Positions 1 through 13,330 of a DNA stretch of 64,000 nt are shown here, piece after piece. Numbering within the stretch: the stretch's first letter is position 1; the number at the start of each line of letters is the position of its first letter. This DNA is from Paramecium tetraurelia (Eukaryota). The stretch is from the NCBI GenBank assembly GCA_000165425.1, contig CT868019.1, positions 248,001 to 312,000 on the forward strand, given 5' to 3'. The position numbers were made by a program, and so were the translations under genes. The notes below the pieces were generated by a model that searched no databases, was not told the DNA's origin, and saw only the letters and a list, made by a program, of their open reading frames with translations.

Positions 1-422
1 TTATTCTAATTGTCACATAGATCACTCTACTTTATAATATTTTTAATATACTTCCACTTTAGTTTTTTAATCCATTGCCTTGTTTTTATATAAAATTACC
101 CCCTTTAATAAATTAAATAACGGGGATCGCATTCCTCCTTTAACTTAAATAGTCACCCCGTAATCATTTATTTTTAACACAGATCATATAATTTGATGTA
201 AAGAAATGAAAGATGAGATGAGAAAGACTTTCCATTCTATTCAAATCTTTAAATCATTTTTTGGAATTAAAAAATACAAAATAATCAAACTTTTTCTAAC
301 ATTCATATAACCAATCTCATTGTAAGTGAAGATTTGATTGGATCAGCATATAAGCTTAAAATATTTATTAATTACATTTAATTAATTAAGTAAAATCATC
401 CAAAAACTCAATTTAATCTTAA

Positions 423-3186
423 ATGAAATCTAGTTAATCTGACAGCATTGAAGAAGAATCAGGTAATTGGAATCTTTCTAGTCCTCAAGGGCCTTAAATT
501 TCTTTAAGAAATACGTTTGCAAACTATCAACCTGATTCCTCAGTTCACTCGTATGAATCTGAGAGAATTTAAGATAAATCAGAAGAATAAAAATAGTAAT
601 TCACTATTGAATTTAACCCAGATGCTTAACCTATTTTTAAGAGAACCATGATAAGAACAAATCCTTTGCAAAAATTGCATCAGATAGCTGCGAAAAACAG
701 ATTGGTCAAATAATTCAAATAAAATCTCTTCATGAATTCATATATATTGTCAAAAGACTATTAGTAACAATTGATTTTATTTAAATAGAGACAAAATATT
801 GTAGTTTGAATAATTTTCGTAAAATAAAAATTTGGATTACTTAATTAGTAAAACTTAAAGTTCAATTTTACCTGTTTTTGAGGCTTATAGTAACTTAATG
901 AAAGGATGGGATGTAATAATGATTCTCTAACAATTAATACAATTGTGGTTTCTACCATTTATAATAAGTTTTTACGGATTTGATTCGAATATTTATGTAA
1001 TAAGAGAATTTTTGATCTTGATGACATTACTAGACATTATTGTTTCAATGAACAGAGAGATATTCTATAAGGGAAGTTACATTGGAAATCGACAATAAAT
1101 TTTTAGACAGTATACAAAAAATGGATTAGTTGGAGATATAATTTAATTAATTACTTGGTTTTGTTTCTTGTTTATTTACTAAAATATAGAATATAAAGCC
1201 TACTTAATTTTACTAGGAATTTTAATGGTAGTTTGTTGTATCAAATCACTATTAAGAAAAACTGAATATTACATTGATAGTTATTACAATAAAGGGAATC
1301 TTAGTAACTTTTTGGATCTCTTTATATTAATCCTACAGATTTATTTTGTAGCACATTATATGGCATGTCTTTGGCATTTTGTTGGGTAAATGGGTATATA
1401 AGTCGAAAAGGCAACTTGGCTTAGTGAATACGGGTTTCTCGATGAATCTATCACTACCAAATACAACTATTCCTTTTATTGGGCCACTATGACAATGGCT
1501 ACTGTGGGATATGGAGATATTACTGGAAGAAATAATTATGAAATACTGGTATCTAACATCATGATGATCCTTTCAAGTTGCATATTTGCATATTCAATGA
1601 ACTCTATCGGGAACATATTAAAAAGCATAAATGATTCAAAGTTGAATTACAGGTATCATTAAACAATAATTCTTTAGGAGGACTATATCATCAATTAATA
1701 ATTCNNNNNNNNNNNNNNNNNNNNNNNNNNNNNNNNNNNNNNNNNNNNNNNNNNNNNNNNNNNNNNNNNNNNNNNNNNNNNNNNNNNNNNNNNNNNNNNN
1801 NNNNNNNNNNNNNNNNNNNNNNNNNNNNNNNNNNNNNNNNNNNNNNNNNNNNNNNNNNNNNNNNNNNNNNNNNNNNNNNNNNNNNNNNNNNNNNNNNNNN
1901 NNNNNNNNNNNNNNNNNNNNNNNNNNNNNNNNNNNNNNNNNNNNNNNNNNNNNNNNNNNNNNNNNNNNNNNNNNNNNNNNNNNNNNNNNNNNNNNNNNNN
2001 NNNNNNNNNNNNNNNNNNNNNNNNNNNNNNNNNNNNNNNNNNNNNNNNNNNNNNNNNNNNNNNNNNNNNNNNNNNNNNNNNNNNNNCATACTTACCAAAA
2101 GTTTTATAAAAAGAAATGAAAGAAGATATAGCTAAAAAAATAAATCAAAAAATAAAGAAATTATAATAAAACTTTTCTCATTCAACTTCAAATTTGTTAG
2201 TTTAGCATCTGAAGATTTAAAACTATGCTCCTGGGGAATATATATATCACTAACATGAACAATAATATTGTTTTTGTTATATTAATTAGGGAGAGGTTTA
2301 AATTAAGGAAGAACAATCTTAAACTCAAATATAAGTACTAAAGCAAAATAGTAGTTTTAATGAATATTCATTTTTCACAGAACAAGCAACTAAGAGCAAT
2401 GCTTTGAGTATAGGCTTTACGCAAATTGTAAAAATTAATAGAAGGGCATTTCTATCTATCCTAAAGGAAAATTAAAAAGACTTAGAATAATTCTATAATA
2501 TAAAAGATACTATGCTATTGTATTAGGATTATTCTTTACTTTAGAAAAAATGTTTTTATTGTGGATACATCAAACATGAAACTATTGATTGTCCATTATT
2601 AACATATCAACCTAAAAAGATGAGTGTAATTTAAAAACATCATAAAAATTCTTAATTGCAATCTAGAAAGTATATACAAAGGCATTATCATTATATTCCG
2701 TCGAGAAAACAGTACTAAGAAATTAAAAATACAATTTCATATGCTCGAGAATATTATTTTTCAGATTTATAAATGAATGACTCTCAACAATTTAATAAAA
2801 TACAATTATTATAAAAAGAAGATACTAACATGAATGAGATCATTTCACCTAGCCAAAAAAAAGATGAAATTGACTAAAATCCTTAGAACATATCTAAATC
2901 AAGGCTTCCAAGTGTTTCAGCAGATGCAAATAATTTAAGGAGAATTAGTAAGTTTTAAATTCCTTTCATTGCAAATCCTGATGAAAAGAGACAGTCAAAA
3001 ACTTAGCTTGAGTTTTTTTAAATTAATTTTTCGGGATTAGAAATTGATTAAGTTTAGAACTATGAAAAATACATGATTCAAAACAATTTAATCAACATTT
3101 TAAAAAGTTTCTAAAAGTACAAGAGAAAAACCAAAATAGCAACTCGAAAATAGAAATTGATTGAATCATTTAACAATGAAGATTGA
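423..3186 (+). CDS. Cyclic-nucleotide-binding-domain K+ channel (EAG/KCNH-like, ciliate-expanded family); interrupted by assembly gap
   Basis: Code-6 translation has several TM segments, HYMACLWHFVG (S5), pore YWATMTMATVGYGDITG, and a CNBD-like region (YAPGEYIY...IIQGEVQI...FNEYSFFT); TGA at 3184-3186. Confidence 0.88.
1705..2086. other. Assembly gap (382 N)
   Basis: Run of N inside the channel gene. Confidence 1.
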
Positions 3187-3237
3187 GTTTTTTTATTATT
3201 TAATTATTATAATTAATTAGTTGAAGATTAAATTTGG

Positions 3238-5900
3238 ATGACGGAAAAAAAAGGTGAGTCTTTGTAGGATTAAATGAAAAACCTATAGGGGGAAATCAAT
3301 AAGCTTCATTCTGAAATTGATTCAAAGAAGCGAGAAATTACGAAATTGAAAAATGATAATACGTTGAGATTAGAAAAAATAAATTGGATTCAAGTAGATA
3401 TCTAATATTATATAGACAGGAAAAAGTGAGGAAAATGTAAAGAGAAAAGAAAGTGCTTGAATTAAATGATTAAACATTAAGCATTGGACATGCTACCACT
3501 AAGCATTCGACTACCACAAAGGAAGTTCAACAATAAAACGAAGTTTAAAAACCCCCTTAACAAGAAATACAATTAGAGAAGATGCAGATGCTAGAATTTT
3601 TTAATTAGTATTTGGATCAAACAAATAAACAAATGGTGAAATTTTAAGGAAATAGGAATAGAAAAAACGGAGAGAAGGATGAGTATATCAATCCATATCC
3701 TACCATTAATCTCAAATATACAATTGAAGGTATAGAATAAGGTGAAAGTTCATCATTTCGTTTGGATTAATAAACAACATTTTAAAATTTAAAAGAATTG
3801 GCCTTTTATTATTGGAATTTGGCTCCATATTTAAGAAAATTTGATGAAAAGGATAGTGAAATTATGGATGACTTAGAGTTGACTGATGAGAGTCATGCAA
3901 GAATTGAATTAAAAGAGAAGGTTATTGAGTTTTTTACAAATAGAGGAATTTCAAATATTTCTTAGATTACTTTGTTGCTATAAAAGAAAAAGACTGTGAG
4001 ACCAGCTTTGAATAGTTTATAAATAGATAGTATCAGAATTACTGGTGGAAACAAGGCAGCTAATTATTAAGGAACATTTGCTGTTCATAAAAATAGAATT
4101 AAAGCTATTGATACATATAATTTATTTTTTGAAAAGTTTCCGGGTTTAAAATATTACATTAGTGAATTGTAGATTTAAAAAGAATTTTAAGAATAATAAA
4201 AAGAATTAGAAAAAGGTAATTAAGAAAAACAAGAAGAAAAGAAGTTTGATTTGGATGATATGAATTGTCTTATATTAAGTTCTATTGTCGTCATTCTAGT
4301 ATTAGCTCTTCTTAGCTATACAGCTTATTTAAGTCCTAAGTATGTAAATTTAAATTTCACTTTCATTAATAATTTAATTGGAATCACTTCAAATGGAGAA
4401 TATAACAAAATAACTTCGATTCCTGAATTTTACTATTATATGGAAAATTTCTTGGGAGCAACAATGTATAATTCTGATAAGGGAGATAATCCATTTCGAT
4501 CTAATTATGAGATGATAGGAGGAATCTAACTTAGAATTTTACGAAGTGATTTATATGAATGTGAAAAATATGTTAATGAATTGCAAAGATTTAGTTGTTT
4601 TGATGTTGTTTATGACTCATCTAAAGCAAATAAATCCTAATTCTTAAATTATACATATCAAACAGCAGAGGAATTAGGAATTATGTATTTCCCAAAAGGA
4701 AACTTAACAACATATACTGATGGTGGTTATGTGGTGGAATTCAATAGGGACATGACAACGGAAGCCTTTTTAGAGAAGATAAATGGTTTAAGAAAAGAAT
4801 AGTTTTTGGATGCAGCCACTGCTGCTATCTTCCTCCATTTTGTGATTTACAACCCTAGTATCAATTTATGGATTTAAGCAAACTTTTTATTAGAAAGAAA
4901 TGCTTAAAATAAATTAACACCTTATAGAGCAGAATTAACAGGGTTTATTCCAAATGTTTATTCTGGCTAGGATGGTGAAAATTTATTTTAGATTGATATA
5001 ACGAAATTGATAATGGCTAGCATTTTGTTAGCTTTTGTTGCATATAGATTTTATAAGATTAAATTTAATACAGGTAAATTAGGACCTGCATTCTTATATA
5101 TAACAATGGAAATAGGATTTTTTAATTGCGGAGTTGGAATTTTAACTATTATTTCTGTTGCAATGTCATTGTAATAATCACTTTAGGGTAGAGATCCTTA
5201 GGAACTAGTGAATTCAGAAGATTTTGTGGTAGAAAATTTAATTTACTTTAATAGCATTTGGAACTAGAGGCAGATTTATATAAAAAGGCCGAATTGTTTT
5301 TAACAATCAGTATAATGTTTTTGTTCCTGAGATTATCTTATATTTTGAAATTGAATGACAGAATAGCAATCATCTTTTTGACTTATAGTAAGAGTTTCAA
5401 AGAATTGCTACCTTTTTTGGCTATTGAATTTCCTTTATTTTTAGGATTTGTTATGGTCTTTTAAATTATTTATGGAAATGTATTTCCTTAATATTCCTCA
5501 TTTACCTTAGCAATTGCCAGTTAATTAACTATGGTATATATATAAATATCTATTTTAGATATAAGGGTAATTAAATATCACACAATTTGTAAACTATTCT
5601 CCGATAGTTTCAATGATTGTGATTCTTTTTTACTATTTCTTTATGTTATTCTTCATTATTTCATTGTTTTAAGCAATTTTGATTGAATGTTTTAGAATTG
5701 TTATCATGAAAAATGGATATCCGTAGGACAAAGACTAAGGATTGTCAATTGGAGACTTATTTAAATGGATGTTTTCTTGGACCCAGCTATTTACTAGTAA
5801 AAAGAATACTACAGAAGAAAAATAAAAAGCTTAGTAGTAAATCAAGCCTCATGCAGACTAAGAAGAAAAGTAGGGAATAAATTCTGCAACAGAAAATTGA
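3238..5900 (+). CDS. Polycystin-2 (PKD2/TRPP)-like cation channel
   Basis: TOP-domain motifs MIGGIQLRILR and YTDGGYVVEF...FLDAATAAIFLHFVIYNPSINLW; S4-S6 segments LRLSYILKLN and FFMLFFIISLFQAIL; short introns near 3394, 5228, 5533. Confidence 0.82.
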
Positions 5901-5923
5901 ATTAATTTACGCTAAAATATTAA

Positions 5924-6904
5924 TCATCTTTTTTATTAATTTTTATTCCCTTAAAGAATTCCATGAATTAAATTTCTAGGCCAATTATGATTTCTCTGTC
6001 TCGTTGGCTCGAATATTTATGGTGGTGGCAATTATTGTTATTAAATTTCTGGGATTGGAGAAGGGGAAGAAAGCTAAATTTCTTCTTGAGGCTATTTACT
6101 TAAATGATCTGAAAGAGAATCAATTTATAATTCACATTCTATTAAATTAGATTTTGATTCATTGGATAGAGAATCTTATCTAACTATGATTTATTGAGGA
6201 ACAATTTAAATTAGATCTTCTTCCGAGTATTTCTTTTTGTGTTTTTTCTTTTTTTCTTTTTTTTATTTTTTTTCTTTCTTAGATTTCTTTTTTTCATGCT
6301 TAATTTTCTTTTTTTCAGACACATCATCAATCAAATGATTACTGTCCTTCCTTAATAATTTCTCTAGTTCTTTTTACCATTAATTTTCTTCCTTAGGATA
6401 GTGCATAACAGTCTCAAAATCAAAATAATCACATTTTGTTATCAACTCTTCTAAATACTATTTGTAATGTCTGTAGATATCAATGATTGCTTCATTAGTA
6501 AATATTAAATCTCCTTCATAATCAAAGCTTTAAAAAATCAAAGCTTCCTTCTAGTAATCTAATTCTTCAGGTAAGCACTCGGAAACTGAACTTATTCCAA
6601 GCCCTCCATAATCAATAGGAATATTATCCTTAAAGATTAATGCTTTTTATTCAGTAATTCTAGCAGTATATTCTTTTTGCAATTTACTTAAATTGAGATC
6701 AGTTAATTTATTCAGCTTTTGGATATATAATTTTAAAGTAGCATCATTAAATCCATAATTAAAGTAATCTGTTATATCAATCCCTTTTGTCAACCATTTT
6801 TTTGAATTTGCATTTAAAAATTCCTCCTTTAACACATGGGGTGTTTGTAATTTATAAAGTGGTGCAGATTATCTCACTCTCAATAGCTTCTCTCTAATGC
6901 TCAT
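5924..6904 (-). CDS. Fip1-motif protein (pre-mRNA 3'-end processing factor-like) with Lys-rich C-terminal region
   Basis: KKWLTKGIDITDYFNYGFND matches the Fip1 signature W..PGADITDYFNYGF. Confidence 0.75.
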
Positions 6905-7582
6905 TAATTTTTGAATTATATATAAAATTAATATTATATTTTTATACAACAATTTTATCAATTTTTTCAGATGTATCGTCACAAAAGCACATTTATGAAA
7001 TACAATCAATATTCTCCATTGTTTGAACTTCTTTTCTCTAATCTTAGTATTAAGTATGAATAATGCTAATTATATGTAAGAAATATAATTTCAATTGAAA
7101 TTCATGTAGATGTAAATAACAATTAGTCAAGGTTGCAATAAGGTTTTAAGCATATTAAGTTAATTATTCCATTTTTCAGCCAAGCTTCCTTACTTAGAAA
7201 CCTTTCAAATTCTTTTTGATGAACTCTTAATATCATCATAAACTAGATCCAATCTTAAATTCTTTTGGCTATAATTTTGTTGTTCACATTGTGTATTATA
7301 TGAAACTGAGATTAGGTTTCATGAAAACTATAAAAAAATATTGAGAATATCAGCTATAAATCTTATATACTTAACTTTTATATTGATAAAATTAATAAAT
7401 ATAAAGATGCTAAAAGATTAATACCTTTTATAGATATGTCAATACTAAACTAGAGTTTATTCTTTCTAATCAAATTAGTTTTATAATAACCAAATATAAC
7501 TTTGATATAACATATTAATAAATAGAATTTTAGATTGTTAAATGATAATGCTTAAAAGGTTTTGTAATCAATCATAATTTAT

Positions 7583-8333
7583 TCATTTATTATATACAAA
7601 TTTCAGGATAAGTTAAATTTCGTTGTATTTTTGTTGCTTTTTTAATATATAACCTTCAAATCCTTTAGCTTTAAAAAACGCAATTATTTCATTAATAGGA
7701 TTGTCCTATATTACAAAGAGATAACTAAGTGTTATTATATTTACTATACATAATTCCATTCGCATTCATTAATTTGGTTACTTTCTCTAGAATCTTCCAG
7801 GTAACTTCCATACCATCCTTTCCTCCTGAATATGAACAATCAATTAAATTAACTTTAGCTACTTCTTCAATTAGATCTTGACCTCTCAAATTATTTGCAT
7901 AAGCTTGTGCGAATAGTTACTACTTTTCTTTAAAGTATTTTTTGCATCTTTCAACTTCCTCATCTTCAGTTGGAACATAAGGAGGATTGAATATAAAGAT
8001 ATCTATTCCTGATTTGTCTAAAGCCAATCCTTCAAATCCATTTGAATTTATACAATCAAAATATATCTAATTTTCTTGCATAATTCGTGATGAAGCAATG
8101 CAAGCATCATAATTGATATCAATGCCAACACACATTAAAGCTCTGTTATTTTATTCTTACAAGAGTTTGCTTACATTGCCAATTAAGATTCCTGATCCAC
8201 ACCCCATTTCTACAACGATTGCATTTTAAGGAAAGTATTGGATCTCTTCCTTTAAAGCATCCAAAAATAAATATGAATCATCATTTGGAACATATACATT
8301 TTTGTATTCTGTTTTATTTAAAGTGATTTTCAT
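7583..8333 (-). CDS. N6AMT1: HemK2/N6AMT1/Mtq2-family (eRF1 glutamine) methyltransferase
   Basis: VYVPNDDSYLFLDAL, EMGCGSG SAM-binding motif, FNPPYVPT, SYSGGKDGMEV; one short intron near 7726-7750. Confidence 0.88.
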
Positions 8334-8365
8334 TATTTTAATATTATGTAATTAATATACGTGAA

Positions 8366-8821
8366 TCATTATTTCTTTCCTTAACCCTTTTTTGGTTATT
8401 ATTTCTTTGTTTCTTTAACTTGCTCTTTTGGTTTATCCTCTTTTGGTTATTATTATTTTTTATCCTTCTTTTCTTCTTTAACTTCTACTTCTGCATCATC
8501 CTTTAATTTCTTAATTCTCAACATACCTTATTTAGCAGACAATCCAGCAGGAGTACTATAAAAATCGATAGAGTTATTACTTCACTTCCCAAGCTCCACC
8601 AGCTATTTGTAATCCAGTTTAGGTGCATCTCCAAATACCAATTGCTTATCTCTTCAATGAATGCTAAAAAATAAATCATATGATCATACTGCTCCAGTAA
8701 AGGTATTAAAATATCTTTAATGCTATGAAATTTCAAATTTCTTAATAATCTTTCTTAATGATGCACCATATCTTGTGCCATATTTTCCTGTGATTCCTAC
8801 CTTCTTTGTCTTCTTTGTCAT
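8366..8821 (-). CDS. RPL37A: 60S ribosomal protein L37a (eL43) with K/E/Q-rich C-terminal extension
   Basis: [24 protein letters not shown]...IAGGAW; introns 8664-8689 and 8556-8580. Confidence 0.95.
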
Positions 8822-8996
8822 TTCAAATAAAAAATAAAATCTTTAATTTATTTACTCTTAATCAATATAAAAAAATGCCTAGAATTATTTTTTGTTTCTT
8901 GAATCTGTAAGGTAATATATGTGTATGGAAAAAAAAGATAAAACTATTTTAGATATGATTTTAATTAATATTAATTTAGGGCGTGATACATCATTC

Positions 8997-10877
8997 TCAA
9001 AAATTAAATTTATTTGAAATTGTTGCATTTGAAATCTGGGACATATTATTTTGATTTTGTTAATATGTAACACTTTAATTACGAAAACTTCTCTACTAAA
9101 CTAATATCATTTATTACATCCTCTTGTAATGGTATTGGAGATGTATATTTCGCAAAAGTTTGACTTTTTAGGGACGTTATTCCAGGCATTTATGCAGGTG
9201 CTTACACTTTGGTTTCATTCAAACATTTATTCAAATATTAAATCATTTAGTTATTCGATTCAAGTAGTTTTTAACTCTCAGCCAATTTGTTTTTTAAATC
9301 AAGATTCATGTTCTCCTGGTCTTTCAATCTAATTTCTAAAGAGTCCTTTTCTCTTCTTACTAATTCTATTAAGAATCTTTACGTTCATTTAGTTATTTAT
9401 GATTTTAATCATTTGCATCTTATAACTATTGTACAGTTTACTCTTGTTAAAGAAAAACCGTATTCTTTAACTTTATTTTATCTTTTTATTTACTAAGCTC
9501 ATTCTCCAATTTTTCTATGATTTGATTTCCTTTATTCACTTCTTCACTCATGACACTGATTCTGGTTTCAAGTTTTTCTATTTGTTTTTTTTAATTTGCT
9601 ACTTATTCCTCAAGGATAGACTAGGAAAATTAAAGAATATTTTACATTCTATTTTTTCTCATTATCCACTAATTGTTATTTATTATTCAAATATTCTTCC
9701 TTATCATGTATCAACTTTTCGAATCCTTCCTTTTAAATTCTTAACTCAATCAACTATCTTTCTTAAGTAAACTTTAGAGTGTCCAATTCTTTATTCTGTA
9801 ATCTGAATTCTTAGTTCTCCTTTTAAAATTATTAATTTTCCTATTAAAGTATTGCTAATTTGTTTTTTAGTTCTCTTTCCTATTGAATTAATTATGACTT
9901 TTAATCAGAGATCTCTTAATTAATCTATTAGAGTTGTGTGTACTTATTCTATAATTCATAGACTATCTTATCGTATTTTTCAATAATGAATTGCTTTTCA
10001 TTTTCGCTTTCTCTTTTAAAATTAGTTTCTTTGCTCAAGGATTACTCTCTAAAATCATTAAATTTCTTCTATTCATCCAATAATAATTATTGTATTGCTG
10101 TATCTTTGTCCTCTGTGAATTTCCTAATTTCAGACTTTAAATTTTCTAGTTCCCAATGTTTCTCTTCCAATAATTCTGTTAACTTTTTGTTTCTTTTTTG
10201 TTGTTCATCATTCTCTTGTCTTTCTAAAGCCAATTTATTTGCTAAAAATGCCTTTATTAAGTCATCTGTTGCACTGCGTAATCTCAAAGACAAATGGGTC
10301 AATTTTTTAAACTCATTATTTTCAATGACTGCAAGAGTTGATTCCCCATTCTTAGTCTCCAAACAAACATAAAAACTAAATAATCTCACATTTTATACTT
10401 CACTTTTTCATCTCTTTGACTATTTATGCATAACTATAACAAATCTGCAAGTTTCATTGGAAAAGTGGCAAAATCAACATGCAAACTTTATTCATTTTTT
10501 AACGCCAAAAATTCACCTTCTGTCAAATCAAGGATCTACAAAAACTATAAATTGTTATCATCTGTCAACTCAATCCTCAGTGTTTAACCATGAGCTTATT
10601 AACTCTATTGCATAATCATTTTCAAAGTCAATTATGTATTCCAATCATCTGTAACCTATTTCACTTTTACAGGAATTTACAAGGTGAAAAGCTCTTTTGA
10701 GACAGTTGTGACAGGAGCATTAACAAAGCTGACATTGACAGATTAAGGTCTATTGCTCATTTATTCGTATTTCAATTTTTAAGAGGATTGAAAATCATTC
10801 ATATTTGTTGTCGATTTGGCTGGAGTTTATTAAATGCCAAATTCAATTCTTTTGAAATTCCCCCTATAGTCTTACAT
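8997..10877 (-). CDS. SAS6: Centriole/basal-body cartwheel protein SAS-6
   Basis: Head domain LRIELTDDNNLQFLQILDLTEGEFLALKNEQSLHVDFATFP...IENNEFKKLTHLSL followed by a long coiled coil. Confidence 0.9.
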
Positions 10878-10946
10878 TATTATATTTTAAATTTTAACTG
10901 TTAATTAAAGGAAAAATTTGTATAAATCAATAACAAAATACACTAA

Positions 10947-11882
10947 TCATGGCCTTCGTATTATGGATAGATCTACTTTTGAGTTCGAATTTAATTTATT
11001 TCTACAAAAATTCTTTTTATTTTTGATATGGAGATTCTTATTACATCGATCTATAAGTAGAATTGACAGCACCTTTTGCGATTAACAATTCACTCAAACA
11101 AGATTGTAATTTGATAGTTTATTTTCTGCTTTTGACAGAATTTATAAATGGAATTGAGCTTAATTTTATTTTTCTGGATTTCGAATCATTCCTGAAGCAC
11201 GAAAACTTTTATTATTGCCACTCATAAGAACTACATTTAAGAGAACTATGAAGCGATAACTTTTAACTAACTTTTAGAGTTTTATAATTTTAAATCGTCT
11301 TACAAGTAGGAGGTCTTTCCATTGTATCATGTTCTTAAGAATTATTATATTAATACCAACAACAAATTCCTCTTGAATAATCTTGTTTTTTGATGTAAGA
11401 CATTGAGGAGAGTTCCTTTGACTCTTTTTTAATAGCTATGTAAAGCTTGAAAGAGCAAATTCCTTCCCATTTATTCTCCTATGCATTTCGATGACAGTAG
11501 GTAGATGATCAATTTATTTTTATTGGATATTACCAAACAAAGAACCATAACATGATTTTCTTCTGGGATTGGCGTTTTTTGTTTAGGACGATATCTTTTG
11601 AACAGCCTTTCTGAATGGAATTAATAAGGAATTTTTGGTTGGCAAATTGTTTTGATTTTCGTTATTGGATATTTAAAGTTCTGAAAAAGAGGACGGTGTC
11701 GATTTAGACCTATAGTGCTATTTGGTTGCTGACTTAGACTTTGTTATAGGTATTTAATCTGTTTGATCCTAACAAATATCCAATACTTTCATTGGGATTC
11801 TTTTGCCATTGAACATAAAAGGAGGATATTTTTCTAGTTTCTTAATGATCACACTATTACATATAAAACTGCTTTTATTCAT
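10947..11882 (-). CDS. Hypothetical low-complexity protein
   Basis: Open code-6 frame with short introns (MNKSSFI...PRRKSCYGSLFG...); no recognised domain. Confidence 0.6.
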
Positions 11883-12088
11883 TCTTTTATTAATTTTGTG
11901 AAAATAAACAGATATCACTATACTTATATTAATTTAAATTCGTTTGATCGCTATTAATTCGGAGTATTAATATTGTTGTATTTTTCAATTAATGGATATC
12001 ATAACTTTGTTGAGAATTATAAAGAGAATAAAACTGTTTGAAATTAGAAAAAGTAAGAATATTAAATTATTAAATTTCATAAGAATAT

Positions 12089-13069
12089 TCATCTCTCTTT
12101 GCTAATTGAAGTAAAAACAATAAAAATGATAGAAAGAGTACCAAAATTCAGATCAATCTAATAGTATCCTACTTAAACAAATATAGATAATAAAGTGACT
12201 GCTCCAGGTAGAACCCACATTTCTATTGATTTCTAGGCTTGAATCTCATTCTAAGCGATGTAGGCAATCATTTATAAAATAGTCATGAAAGTTATTTCCC
12301 TAAAAATAAACCAAACTAAAAATTACAGAAAATAAGCTCCAGAAAATATATTTTACACTTCTTATGTCATAAGATTTAGTAATATGTAAACAGGTAGACC
12401 GAAAAGACTTTAGTATAGCATCAAAGTAAAGAAGGGAAGTTATTTGTTCATCAGAAATTTAATCACGTGAGAGAATGCCAAACATGCTGGTTAGAGAAGG
12501 CAAACGAGAACAAACAATAGGTTTTGACCAAATAACAGGGTTGATATGGTTTGCACTAAGGAAATGAGCAAGTTTATTTGATTTCCTGCTGAATATAGTA
12601 AGTGGTTGAAAACCTAAATATAGCCTGGAGTCAATTAATGAAAAGCACATATTTCAGAAAAGGGAAAGTGAAACCTAAATTAACTAGCATCATACATTGC
12701 CCAAAATCCAATTAAAGATGCTATGACTTGACATCCTGCCATTGCTCCTATCACTCTTATACATGATTGGTCTAGCTGAAAAAGGCGTTTGTCGAAAAAT
12801 TGTATATACATCAAGGTTATGATTACATTAACGATACATCTTTAAGTAGCAATAGTGATTGCGTCAATATTTTAAATTAATGAGTATGCAATCATTAATT
12901 GCAATAATTAACATAAGACATATATGGCACCCAATGCCTATGGAGGTAGTTTTGAAGCATAGGGTATTTATTCTTATGTTTCATTCAAGAGGTTAGTATT
13001 GTTAACAATGGCATGAAAGCTTAAATTTGATTATGCTCTACTTAATTTTTCAGACAATTAGTCATCCAT
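12089..13069 (-). CDS. Multi-pass membrane protein, possibly DMT/EamA-like transporter
   Basis: Roughly 9-10 hydrophobic segments; ends GTLSIIFIVFTSISKER*. Confidence 0.55.
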
Positions 13070-13330
13070 TTTATAATTATTAATATTAATTGTATAATAT
13101 CAAGGTTCAGGAAAGAAAGAACTACAATAAAAATATACATATGTCATAAAAAATCAATATTTGTTCTCAATTATTATAATAATGAATATTACTAACTAAT
13201 ATTAATTCATCCCAAACACGTAATAAATTAATGAAAATATCAATCAGATGATTATTTATTTAATTTCACTTTAGACATCCATTCTTTAGAGAAAATTGAT
13301 TTATACATATATATATTAATATTTAATTAA

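Noticed and set aside
1691..2098. 135-aa ORF of X residues
   Set aside because: Artifact of the N gap
6960..7330. Minus-strand coding-like tract with in-frame TGA (possible selenoprotein or readthrough)
   Set aside because: Several TGAs, no redox motif and no SECIS evident; more likely a decayed gene
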